DNA from: an uncultured Lachnospiraceae bacterium
GTDB lineage: Bacteria > Bacillota > Clostridia > Lachnospirales > Lachnospiraceae
Assembly: GCA_900317755.1 (NCBI GenBank)
Contig: ONHZ01000008.1
Coordinates: 14,832 to 78,831, forward strand
Direction: 5' to 3'
DNA length: 64,000 nucleotides
This document shows, piece by piece, positions 8,077 to 16,891 of the stretch. Below the pieces are notes generated by a model. It had not been told where the DNA came from, searched no databases, and worked only from the letters and a program-made list of their open reading frames with translations. Every line of letters starts with the position of its first letter. Positions within the stretch are counted from its first letter, which is position 1. Made by a program: the position numbers and the translations under genes.

Positions 8077-9861
8077 TCATTCAAAATCCCCAAGTGTCAT
8101 GTCGCGGTTCTTGATCTGCGAAAGGATTGATGTCTCAAATTCTTCGTATGAGATCGTTGCGGACTTGCCGGTGTCACGGTTACGGACGGTGATGTTGCCG
8201 GATTCTGCTTCCTTCTCACCAAGGACGAGCATATATGGAACACGGTCAACCTGCTGGGCTTCACGTATCTTGTAGCCAATCTTCTCAGAACGGTCATCAA
8301 GCTTTACGCGGACGCCTGCTGCCTTGAGGCTTTCTGCAATTTCGGTAGCGTAAGCCAGTGTCTTGTCCGATACAGGAAGTACCTTTACCTGGCATGGAGA
8401 AAGCCATACCGGGAACTTGCCTGCGAACTGCTCAATCAGGATGCCCATGAATCTTTCAACGGAACCAAATACAACACGGTGAATCATAACAGGTGTATGC
8501 TCCTTGCCATCCTCACCGATGTAGGTAGCGCCAAAGTTCTTCGGCATCATGAAATCAAGCTGAATGGTTCCGCACTGCCATGTACGACCAATGCAGTCCT
8601 TCAGATGGAAGTCAATCTTCGGTCCATAGAATGCGCCGTCTCCTTCATTGATGACATAAGGCATGTTCATCTTTTCAAGGGCAGCCTTTAATCCGTTCGT
8701 AGCCTTCTCCCAGACTTCAAGAGAACCCATATGGTCTTCAGGCATAGTGGAAAGCTCTACAAAATATTCAAAACCGAACTTATTATAAACTTCATTGATC
8801 GTCTTTGTGATGTGCTCGATTTCTGCCTCAATCTGGTCATCAGTAAGGTATTCATGAGCATCATCCTGGTGGAAGCATCTTACTCTCATGAGTCCGTGAA
8901 GCTCGCCAGATTTCTCATATCTGTGTACAAGGCCAACCTCTGCATAACGAAGAGGAAGTTCCTTATAAGAACGTGGCTTATCCATAAATACCATCATGGA
9001 ACCAGGGCAGTTCATAGGCTTGATGCAGTAAAGTACATCATCAATCGTGGATGTATACATATTATCCTTGTAATGATCCCAGTGGCCTGATGTCTCCCAG
9101 AGTGACTGGTTCAGCATAATCGGTGTCTCAATCTGAAGATAGCCGTTTGCATCATGAATCTCTCTCCAGTACTTCATCAGTTCATTTCTGATAATCATGC
9201 CGTTTGGAAGAATGAATGGGAAGCCCGGTCCTACATCCTTAAATGTAAAGAGCTCCATCTCTTTTCCAATCTTCCTGTGATCACGCTTTAAGGCCTCTTC
9301 CTGCTGCTTTTCGAAAGCCTCAAGATCTTCCTTTGTCTTGAAAGCGATTCCGTTGATACGGGTGAGCATCTTATTATTTGCATCTGCCCTCCAGTATGCA
9401 CCGGACACTGTCGTGAGCTTGAAAGCCTTCAGTGCCTTTGTATATGTAATATGCGGGCCGACGCACATATCAATGTACTCGCCCTGCTGATAGAATGTAA
9501 TCCTTGCATCGTCAGGAAGGTCGCCGATGTGCTCAACCTTGTAGGATTCTCCTCTTTCCTTCATGAGCTTTACAGCCTCATCGCGTGGAAGCTCGAATAC
9601 CTTAAAAGGAAGATTCTCTTTGGTGATCTTTACCATCTCGCTTTCGATAGTTCGAAGATCGTCATCGGTGAGTTTCCGGTCTCCCAAATCAATATCATAG
9701 TAGAAGCCTTTTTCGGTTGCAGGTCCGAATGCAAACTGCGCATCCGGATAAAGCCTCTTTACGGCCTGAGCCATGATGTGTGCTGCGCTGTGTCTTAAGA
9801 CATGAACCTCTTCGTTCTCAGGGCATTCACTGACTGTGCCGTCATTCATAAGAACTTTCAT
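8077..9861 (-). CDS. thrS: threonine--tRNA ligase
   Basis: 594 aa with the HSAAHIMAQAV editing-domain motif, class II catalytic core and a C-terminal anticodon-binding domain. Confidence 0.95.
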   Translation of the reverse strand: MKVLMNDGTVSECPENEEVHVLRHSAAHIMAQAVKRLYPDAQFAFGPATEKGFYYDIDLGDRKLTDDDLRTIESEMVKITKENLPFKVFELPRDEAVKLMKERGESYKVEHIGDLPDDARITFYQQGEYIDMCVGPHITYTKALKAFKLTTVSGAYWRADANNKMLTRINGIAFKTKEDLEAFEKQQEEALKRDHRKIGKEMELFTFKDVGPGFPFILPNGMIIRNELMKYWREIHDANGYLQIETPIMLNQSLWETSGHWDHYKDNMYTSTIDDVLYCIKPMNCPGSMMVFMDKPRSYKELPLRYAEVGLVHRYEKSGELHGLMRVRCFHQDDAHEYLTDDQIEAEIEHITKTINEVYNKFGFEYFVELSTMPEDHMGSLEVWEKATNGLKAALEKMNMPYVINEGDGAFYGPKIDFHLKDCIGRTWQCGTIQLDFMMPKNFGATYIGEDGKEHTPVMIHRVVFGSVERFMGILIEQFAGKFPVWLSPCQVKVLPVSDKTLAYATEIAESLKAAGVRVKLDDRSEKIGYKIREAQQVDRVPYMLVLGEKEAESGNITVRNRDTGKSATISYEEFETSILSQIKNRDMTLGDFE

Positions 9862-10051
9862 TTTTGAATCTCCTTTTCTCTTTTGTCATTAAATGAGAAT
9901 TTTTTCATTACAGAATAATGTCTGAAATCAAATAAACAATTCCCAGATAATGCAAGGTACGATTATAACAGATAAACACATAATAATCAAAACTATTTTT
10001 ATTGATAGCCCACAAAGCATTTAGGCTCAATCTAACATCCCGAATCTTCTT

Positions 10052-11626
10052 TTATTGAGTCACTACCGATATTTTCTCAAAATAATGCATAAGATTTTCT
10101 TCACCGGTCTGCTGCGCAAGAAATGCCGCAAGCATATCTCTCATTTGTTCAGAATGTACAATGATTTCGTCTGCAAAATAAACAGCCGGTGTCTCTGCGA
10201 CATATTGAAAATTCTTCATTTCCTTGAAGTCATCAGGCGTGAAATCCCGAAGCGTAAATGGCGGAACATAAGTGAGCTTCTCCGTATGCTCCACAAGTTT
10301 TTCCGCAAAGAATTTTTCATCTACCGTCCAGGATGAATTCGTGTCATCATACGGAAACTGTATGAAAATCTGATGGGCATTTAAATGTGCTGTATCAAAA
10401 TCGGCTTCTTTATGAAAAATAATATTTTCATTGAGAAATTCTATCGAAAGATGTTCTCCAGCAAAATCGTAAAATTCCTGAAGAAAATCTTCTTTTGTAA
10501 TATTCGTCTGACCTGTACCGATTATATTTTCCCTGAAATCTTTGTAATAAACACTAATAGTAACAATGTGGACAGGATCTCCATCTTCTATAGATTTCAA
10601 AATGAACGGAAACATTTTCCGAAAACCATCTTCTCTATAAGGAAAGAAATATGACCCTTTAGCACTTTCTTTTGATTCATTTACATTATTTACATAGGGT
10701 GCTTTTGGTATTTCATATTCAATTATTCCGTACTTTTCCTTCCACTTCTCGAACCTATTTGAAAATGCAGGGTAATTGTGCTTGCCACCATTCCTGTAAA
10801 TCGTCATATAATCACCATACTCGACCTTCAGGACATTGTCATATCCTCTGGGTACAGGAACAGTTGTAAATTCAAAAGGCACAGAAACAGTCTCATCAAA
10901 CCAGTGCTTATTGTGAACATGGTTGCCATGGCCAACCCAGTATGGAAGCAGCACAACCTCTTCGGATTCTTCCGGAGGCACTACTGTTGCAAGCATCTCT
11001 TCAATAAGAAGAAGCTGGTGTCGGACATTCCCATCTCTGTCAATCTTAGTATTATACTTTGCCTCTATCGCTTTAATATTCTCTTCATTTGCAATAATAC
11101 CTTCTTTATCCTGAACTCTCTCCTCGAGCCAGTTCAGTTCAAAAATAAGGCTCTTCCTCTGCTCCTCAAAATTCCTGTCAGGGCTGATGTAGTCAAGCGG
11201 AAAAATATCGACGCCGGTTCGAACCGGGAAGCCATAGAATTTCTCAAGATTTTCATTATCGTCTGGAGATAAATCTTCCGTACAGACATAGGTCGTAAAT
11301 TCAATATCGTTCTCATCCGTATGAATCGTCACAAGATGAAAAGGCGGCTGTAATTCCTTTTCAGCCACCTCATTAAAAACAGTAAGGTCATCCCGCAGCA
11401 TTGCCGTATCGAAATCATCATCCCATGGAATAAAGCCCTTGTGCCTGATCGCACCGAGGAGTGAGCCGCAGTCTGCAAAAATCCTGAGATGATATTTGTC
11501 ACAGATTCTCTTGATTTCTTCATAAATCAGCATCTGCGCTGCCCAGCCATGCTTTATGAAGGTCGGGATGAAAAATCCGTCTCTTACTTCGTCTTCAAAG
11601 AAACTATAGGGTATGTCCATAATCAC
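10052..11626 (-). CDS. LicD family (phosphocholine/phosphotransferase-like) protein with a long C-terminal extension
   Basis: N-terminal ADCGSLLGAIRHKGFIPWDDDFD block typical of LicD. About 250 further residues belong to no family I recognise. Confidence 0.7.
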   Translation of the reverse strand: MIMDIPYSFFEDEVRDGFFIPTFIKHGWAAQMLIYEEIKRICDKYHLRIFADCGSLLGAIRHKGFIPWDDDFDTAMLRDDLTVFNEVAEKELQPPFHLVTIHTDENDIEFTTYVCTEDLSPDDNENLEKFYGFPVRTGVDIFPLDYISPDRNFEEQRKSLIFELNWLEERVQDKEGIIANEENIKAIEAKYNTKIDRDGNVRHQLLLIEEMLATVVPPEESEEVVLLPYWVGHGNHVHNKHWFDETVSVPFEFTTVPVPRGYDNVLKVEYGDYMTIYRNGGKHNYPAFSNRFEKWKEKYGIIEYEIPKAPYVNNVNESKESAKGSYFFPYREDGFRKMFPFILKSIEDGDPVHIVTISVYYKDFRENIIGTGQTNITKEDFLQEFYDFAGEHLSIEFLNENIIFHKEADFDTAHLNAHQIFIQFPYDDTNSSWTVDEKFFAEKLVEHTEKLTYVPPFTLRDFTPDDFKEMKNFQYVAETPAVYFADEIIVHSEQMRDMLAAFLAQQTGEENLMHYFEKISVVTQ

Positions 11627-13362
11627 TTCAGTATCATCTTATCAATTGCTTCGCCGCCCTTTACCATAGGGAAGACTAATTCGTCAGAACGGATCATGAA
11701 TTCAATCAGGGTGATTTTATCTTTGTTGCCCTTGGCTTTTTCAAGGGCAGGGACGATGTCCTTTTCATCAAATACCCTGATGCCCTCTCCACCGTAGCTT
11801 TCGATGAGCTTTATGAAATCCGGAACATAAGGCGGACATTTGTCAGATGGTCCCTTGCAGTTTTTCGGGCACTCCGGACGCTGCTTCAGGCAGGTAATCT
11901 CGTAACGCTTTCCATAGAAAAGATCCTGGAACTGATGAACCATGCCAAGTGTCTCATTATTCAATAAAACAATAGTAAGATTTACATGGTTGCATACTGC
12001 TGTCGCAAGCTCCTGCATATTCATCTGGAAGCCGCCATCACCGGTTATGGAAATGACATCTGATTCCGGACTTGCAAGCTTTGCGCCAATTGCAGCAGGG
12101 AATCCAAAGCCCATCGTGCCAAGACCGCCTGATGTAAAAATCGGCCTGTCTTTCTTTTCTGGAAGATACTGCTCTGCCCACATTTGATGCTGGCCGACAT
12201 CCGTCGTCACGATGCCGGTTGGGAAAACTTTATCGATTCCTTCCATAATCATCTGCGGTGTCATGCCGTGGTCACGGCGCATGCCAAGTGGATGTGCTTC
12301 ATTCCACTCTTTGATTTTTGAAATCCATTCATCTCTTACAACCTTGTCAGCTGGCTCTTCTGCCCATTCATTAAGCTTACTAAGTGCGACCTTCGCATCG
12401 GCAACGACAGGGATATCGACTATGACATTTCTGGAAATCGAAGATGTATCGATATCAATATGAATAATATGCGCATCGGGTGCAAATTCTGAAAGGTCAC
12501 CTGTAATCCTGTCATTAAACCTCGTGCCGATGGAAAGAAGGACATCGGAATGCGTCATCGCCATGTTTGCAGAATATCTTCCGTGCATGCCGGCATTTCC
12601 GACGAAGACCTTTGAATCTGAAGGAATTACACCATTTCCCATGATGGTCGTGACGACAGGAATATCCATAGTCTCTGCAAAGCACTGAAGCTCATCCTCT
12701 GCACCGGAAATCTTGACGCCGTTTCCTGCTAAGATGAGCGGACGCTTTGCTGTCTCAATCATCCTGAAGGCTTTCTTGAGCTGACCGATGTGAACACCCT
12801 CTGCAGGCTTATAACCTCTTAAGTGAATCTCTGAAGGATAATCCGGGGTTCCCTCCTTAAGCTGAATGTCCTTTGGAATATCGATAAGAACCGGTCCCTT
12901 TTTGCCAGTCATCGAGATATAAAACGCCATCTTGATCTTTGTACCGAGCGTCTCGCGGTCACGGACAGTGTAGCCGTACTTTACGATGCCCCTTGTCATT
13001 CCGACAATATCTACTTCCTGAAAAGCATCATTTCCAATCAGCGGCTGTGAAACCTGACCTGTAAAAATAATAAGCGGTACACTGTCATAATGTGCATCGG
13101 CAATTCCGGTAATCGTATTTGTAGCACCAGGACCTGATGTTACAAGACAGATACCAGGCTTTCCGGTAGCCTTTGCATAACCTTCTGCTTCATGCACAAG
13201 TGCCTGCTCATGACGGGCAAGGACGACACGGATCTTCGAAGTCTTATACAATTCGTCAAGAATATCCGTAATCATGCCACCCGGATATGCAAATACCGTA
13301 TCGACTCCTTCAGCTAAAAGAGCCTTTACAAAAAGTTTTCTGCCTGTTATCTGTAATGCCAT
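11623..13362 (-). CDS. ilvB: acetolactate synthase large subunit-type TPP enzyme
   Basis: ALS-like N-terminus and the TPP motif GDGGFQMN-X-NN. There is no adjacent ilvN. Its stop overlaps the licD start by 4 nt. Confidence 0.8.
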   Translation of the reverse strand: MALQITGRKLFVKALLAEGVDTVFAYPGGMITDILDELYKTSKIRVVLARHEQALVHEAEGYAKATGKPGICLVTSGPGATNTITGIADAHYDSVPLIIFTGQVSQPLIGNDAFQEVDIVGMTRGIVKYGYTVRDRETLGTKIKMAFYISMTGKKGPVLIDIPKDIQLKEGTPDYPSEIHLRGYKPAEGVHIGQLKKAFRMIETAKRPLILAGNGVKISGAEDELQCFAETMDIPVVTTIMGNGVIPSDSKVFVGNAGMHGRYSANMAMTHSDVLLSIGTRFNDRITGDLSEFAPDAHIIHIDIDTSSISRNVIVDIPVVADAKVALSKLNEWAEEPADKVVRDEWISKIKEWNEAHPLGMRRDHGMTPQMIMEGIDKVFPTGIVTTDVGQHQMWAEQYLPEKKDRPIFTSGGLGTMGFGFPAAIGAKLASPESDVISITGDGGFQMNMQELATAVCNHVNLTIVLLNNETLGMVHQFQDLFYGKRYEITCLKQRPECPKNCKGPSDKCPPYVPDFIKLIESYGGEGIRVFDEKDIVPALEKAKGNKDKITLIEFMIRSDELVFPMVKGGEAIDKMILK

Positions 13363-13365
13363 TTT

Positions 13366-13869
13366 TTACAGCCCCTTCACATCATTATTTATATAAGTAT
13401 TGAAAGTAAACACAATATCAAAATATGTGCTCTCGTCACTCTCGTCTGTGAGAACCCAGTTTTCCTTTTCATCGAGGTTCGGGAAATAGGCATCAGCCTG
13501 GTAGCCAAAGTCAATCTTTGTAATGATCGCCTTGCTGCAATATGGCTCAAGCTGCTTATATATGCTCTGCCCGCCGATGATAAAGATGTCATCATCAGGC
13601 GTACCCTCGAGACTCTCCTTCAGACCTTCAAGGTCATGAACCACGATGCCGTTTCGAACGACATAGTCTTTATTTCTTGTGAGAATAATATTCGTCCTGT
13701 TCGGTAGGACGACGGCATTGGGAAAGCTCTCCAAAGTGCGGCGTCCCATCACGACAGTCTTTCCTGTCGTAAGCCTTCTGAAATTTTTCATATCTTCTGG
13801 GATTCTCGTGAGAAGGCGGTTCTCGTATCCGATTGCCCAGTTCTTATCTACTGCTGCGATGAGTGTCAT
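13366..13869 (-). CDS. folA: dihydrofolate reductase
   Basis: 167 aa with MTLIAAVDKNWAIGYENRLL and the RRTLESFP motif. Confidence 0.9.
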   Translation of the reverse strand: MTLIAAVDKNWAIGYENRLLTRIPEDMKNFRRLTTGKTVVMGRRTLESFPNAVVLPNRTNIILTRNKDYVVRNGIVVHDLEGLKESLEGTPDDDIFIIGGQSIYKQLEPYCSKAIITKIDFGYQADAYFPNLDEKENWVLTDESDESTYFDIVFTFNTYINNDVKGL

Positions 13870-13877
13870 ATTTTCTC

Positions 13878-14726
13878 CTAAACTGCTATTGGTATATCCT
13901 TGATCTGCGGGCCGGTGACATAATTTTCAAGGCTCACATCATCTGCGGTGAATTCGTAAAAATCATGGATGTCAGGATTCAGGTGGAAGATTGGTGCAGG
14001 GTATGGCGTGCGGGAAATAAGTTCCTTGATGAGCGGCACATGACGGTCGTAGATGTGTGCATCTGCGATGACATGAACAAGCTCGCCGACTTCCATGTCG
14101 CAAACCTGCGCAATCATATGCATGAGGACTGCATACTGCATGACATTCCATGAATTCGCTGCAAGAACATCATTCGAGCGCTGATTTAAGATTGCATTCA
14201 AAATCAGTTTGTCATGACCTGGTTTTTCCGTGACATTGAAGGTCATCGAATATGCGCATGGATAAAGATGCATCTCCGAGAGGTCGCTCATCACATACAT
14301 ATTCGTCATGATTCTTCTGGAAAACGGATTATGCTTCAAATCATAGAGCACTCTGTCGACCTGGTCCATATCACCTTCAGCGTAGTGATACTTCACGCCC
14401 ATCTGATAGCCGTATGCCTTTCCAATGGAACCTGTCTCATCTGCCCATTCGTCCCAGATGTGCGGCTTCAGATCATGAATATTATTTGACTTTCGCTGCC
14501 AGATCCAGAGAATCTCGTCCGTACAGCTCTTGATGCCGGTCTTTCGAAGCGTCAATGCCGGAAACTCTTTCGAAAGGTCATAACGGTTTACCACGCCGAA
14601 TTTCTTAATGGTATATGCACTTGCTCCATCCGGCCAGTGCGGGCGGACCTTCTGTCCTTCTGTCGATGTGCCATTCTCTAAGATGTCCTTGCACATCGAA
14701 ATAAATATTTCATCTGCTTTACTCAT
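13878..14726 (-). CDS. thyA: thymidylate synthase
   Basis: 282 aa of ThyA type with a catalytic PCA block and SNDV motifs. Confidence 0.95.
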   Translation of the reverse strand: MSKADEIFISMCKDILENGTSTEGQKVRPHWPDGASAYTIKKFGVVNRYDLSKEFPALTLRKTGIKSCTDEILWIWQRKSNNIHDLKPHIWDEWADETGSIGKAYGYQMGVKYHYAEGDMDQVDRVLYDLKHNPFSRRIMTNMYVMSDLSEMHLYPCAYSMTFNVTEKPGHDKLILNAILNQRSNDVLAANSWNVMQYAVLMHMIAQVCDMEVGELVHVIADAHIYDRHVPLIKELISRTPYPAPIFHLNPDIHDFYEFTADDVSLENYVTGPQIKDIPIAV

Positions 14727-14752
14727 TTTTGTTCCTATTAATTTCTTACATT

Positions 14753-14790
14753 AAAAAAGTTCCTGGCAGTAATTTCAGGAACTTATTTTT
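14753..14790. terminator. hairpin terminator between the small ORF and thyA
   Basis: AAGTTCCTG / CAGGAACTT stem flanked by an A-run and a T-run. Confidence 0.65.
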
Positions 14791-14961
14791 TCATAAATTA
14801 ATTTTAACATTACCCAATCCTACTGCAAATGGTTTATCTGGCTTTTCTTTTTTCTGTGCCAATATTCTATTCAGCATTTTTTCTTCTTCAGCCTTACCTT
14901 CAGAGGCAGACATTTGTAAATAACGCTTTGGAATCTGTAGGGTATCATTCTCCATAATCAT
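14791..14961 (-). CDS. hypothetical 56-aa protein
   Basis: Hand-read ORF MIMENDTLQIPKRYLQMSASEGKAEEEKMLNRILAQKKEKPDKPFAVGLGNVKINL. AAAGGAGG lies 7 nt upstream and a terminator lies immediately downstream. It is below the ORF-track cutoff. Confidence 0.45.
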   Translation of the reverse strand: MIMENDTLQIPKRYLQMSASEGKAEEEKMLNRILAQKKEKPDKPFAVGLGNVKINL

Positions 14962-14965
14962 AATA

Positions 14966-15169
14966 TCAAACCTCCTTTACCTTTATTTCAAAATGTTTTG
15001 ATATTTTCTGTAATGCCTCTATCTGCGCATCAAATTCATTATAACCACTTCGAATATTGTTAGCAACAACCAAATTATAATAATCTGGCTCAATTTTTTC
15101 ATGTGAATCATAAAGAAATAGCTTACCATTGTGACAGGCAATTACCCCAAATGTTGTGTTATATTACAT
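14966..15169 (-). pseudogene. 65-codon open frame with no usable start (ATG-TAA then open), coupled to the 56-aa ORF
   Basis: Frame reads ATG TAA then YNTTFGVIACHNGKLFLYDSHEKIEPDYYNLVVANNIRSGYNEFDAQIEALQKISKHFEIKVKEV. Its stop TGA lies 4 nt before the next ATG. Confidence 0.3.
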
Positions 15170-15239
15170 TATGTATCAAAAAAATTTCCAACCTATTCCA
15201 GTTGGAAATATATATGCTATCTTTTTATTCACCAATAAT

Positions 15240-16535
15240 TTATGCTGTCTTCTCCACTCCACTCTGTGGCAGGCTCTCAATATTAATTCCCTTGTGCTCG
15301 ATTTTTTTCCAGCTCTTCTGTGGGAAGAAAAGAGAGACAAGTGAGCAGACAGAATATACAAGCATAAATATCGGGAATGTGAGGAAACCCGATGAAATTT
15401 TCTTCATCGAAATATTTGCCTGCTTCATTGCGTACGCTGTGACAAACCATGTTGCAATTACCTGAAGGCCGATTGTCACAAGCCAGAAAATTAAGGTGAG
15501 AGGGAAGTTCTTTAGAAGCACAAGGTTAATCCAAATTGAGCATACAAATATGATCGAGTTGGCAGGACCGAGCGTTAGAAGATTTAATATATCGATGAGC
15601 CTCTTTGACGGCTTCTCATGGAAAACTTCTGTCCATGACTTGAAATACTTCGGCAGAATCTGATAGGAGCCTGTGCACCAGCGGGAGAGCTGATTTATCA
15701 TCACGCCGAAATTTGAAGGCTGCTCATCGTAGAAGATAGCGGAAAGATTAAAAGAAGCACGCCTTCCCTTCAGGCATTGCTGAATCGTAAATTCGACATC
15801 CTCTGTGATAGTCGTCGTATTCCAGCCTTCCTTAGCAATGATGTCCTTTTTTACGACAAAACCTGTTCCTGTGACAAGCGGAGAAAAACCGAGCTTTTCT
15901 CTTGAGTATTCAAAAAGAAAATTATAAAGCACCCAGTAGATTGCATACCAGGATGTGATCGGTGACTTGAAAGAACCTGCTGCACGGCGATTGCCCTGTA
16001 TGATCTCGTTTCCAGAATTGAGAGACGTATTCATCTGTTCCATAAAATCAGACTTTGGCACATTATCCGCATCAAAGAACATGAAGGCATCAAAATTGTA
16101 AAGCCGCTCATCAATTATTTTCTGAAGTCCCCAGGAAAGCAGCGCACCTTTTCCTTTTTTCTGTGTTTCAAGATTTCTTTCAAGGACTGTGACATTATGA
16201 AATGATTTTGTGACTTCAACAGTCCTGTCTGTGCAGTGATCTGCGAGCACGAAAATGTGAAAATAACCTCTCGGATACTTTTCGGCATTTATTCCCTGAA
16301 GCAGTGCCGGAAGAGACTTCTCTTCATTATGCGCACTGATGATGACAGCAAACTTATTGTATACAGTGATCCCTGCAGGAGCCTTTTTCTTTTGAAGAAG
16401 ACCGAAACAGGCGACCAGTCCGGACCATGCCAGCACGATATATGGCAGCAGCTGTACTGAGAACAGCGTCACTAAAATCGGCTTGTGAAAAAAATATACA
16501 AGAAAATCTTTTATCATCATTTTTACTTTCTCCAA
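15240..16535 (-). CDS. membrane-embedded processive family-2 glycosyltransferase
   Basis: IISAHNEE, the FFDADN (DxD) and QLSRW (QxxRW) motifs, and N- and C-terminal TM segments. Confidence 0.85.
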   Translation of the reverse strand: MEKVKMMIKDFLVYFFHKPILVTLFSVQLLPYIVLAWSGLVACFGLLQKKKAPAGITVYNKFAVIISAHNEEKSLPALLQGINAEKYPRGYFHIFVLADHCTDRTVEVTKSFHNVTVLERNLETQKKGKGALLSWGLQKIIDERLYNFDAFMFFDADNVPKSDFMEQMNTSLNSGNEIIQGNRRAAGSFKSPITSWYAIYWVLYNFLFEYSREKLGFSPLVTGTGFVVKKDIIAKEGWNTTTITEDVEFTIQQCLKGRRASFNLSAIFYDEQPSNFGVMINQLSRWCTGSYQILPKYFKSWTEVFHEKPSKRLIDILNLLTLGPANSIIFVCSIWINLVLLKNFPLTLIFWLVTIGLQVIATWFVTAYAMKQANISMKKISSGFLTFPIFMLVYSVCSLVSLFFPQKSWKKIEHKGINIESLPQSGVEKTA

Positions 16536-16577
16536 AGCAAATTTATTTTACTATGTAACGATATGATGCTTAGGTTA

Positions 16578-16627
16578 CTGCATAGTTACATTTGGAATGA
16601 GACTTATCCCATAAATTAACTATGCAG
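16578..16627. repeat. perfect 11-bp inverted repeat in the GT2 / FliD-like divergent intergenic region
   Basis: CTGCATAGTTA (16578-16588) and TAACTATGCAG (16617-16627). Its function is unknown. Confidence 0.6.
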
Positions 16628-16891
16628 ACATTATAAATGAAATATTGTGTAGCAATTGTAAAGATTTCTTAAGATTTTTGTAATTTTATTTTCGTTCCAC
16701 TTTTCGCAAATTCTGATAGACATTTTTAGTTTTAGGTGTTATTATGGACTATGTATAAATAGATATTTTATCTTGGGCGAAAAGCGTTTTCCCAGGACAG
16801 TATTTTTGCATATTACTTCTCTGCAGAGAATGTCAAAGGATTGACTGAATTACGTCTGCACTAGATTTCACGGAAGAAAGGAGGGGAGCAT

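Noticed and set aside
7955-8275. 106-aa plus-strand ORF in the track
   Set aside because: It lies across the long thrS-mscL hairpin and antisense to the thrS 3' end. It has no RBS and a Ser/Arg/Leu-rich shadow composition.
9862-10051. Expected T-box riboswitch upstream of thrS
   Set aside because: The 190-nt upstream region is AT-rich. It contains no T-box core (AANNNGGGTGGTACCGCG) and no terminator/antiterminator pair, so I made no T-box call. Its absence is mildly unusual for a Firmicutes thrS.
10778-11272. Plus-strand ORFs inside licD, ilvB, thyA, PGM, the cyclase and the kinase block (for example 10778-11272, 11942-12187, 14214-14489, 21997-22284, 19728-20072, 46690-46914)
   Set aside because: They are antisense to ORFs with clear family motifs and have no independent support.
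15103-15465. Plus-strand ORFs 15103-15465 and 15156-15344, and minus-strand ORF 15176-15361
   Set aside because: They overlap the GT2 3' end and the small-cassette region, in frames with hydrophobic or low-complexity junk. The hand-read minus-strand frames explain the region better.
16536-16891. c-di-GMP or other riboswitch in the 355-nt region upstream of the FliD-like gene
   Set aside because: I could not recognise GEMM-I/II or any other riboswitch core. I saw only an 11-bp inverted repeat and a small hairpin. An Infernal/Rfam scan would settle the question.
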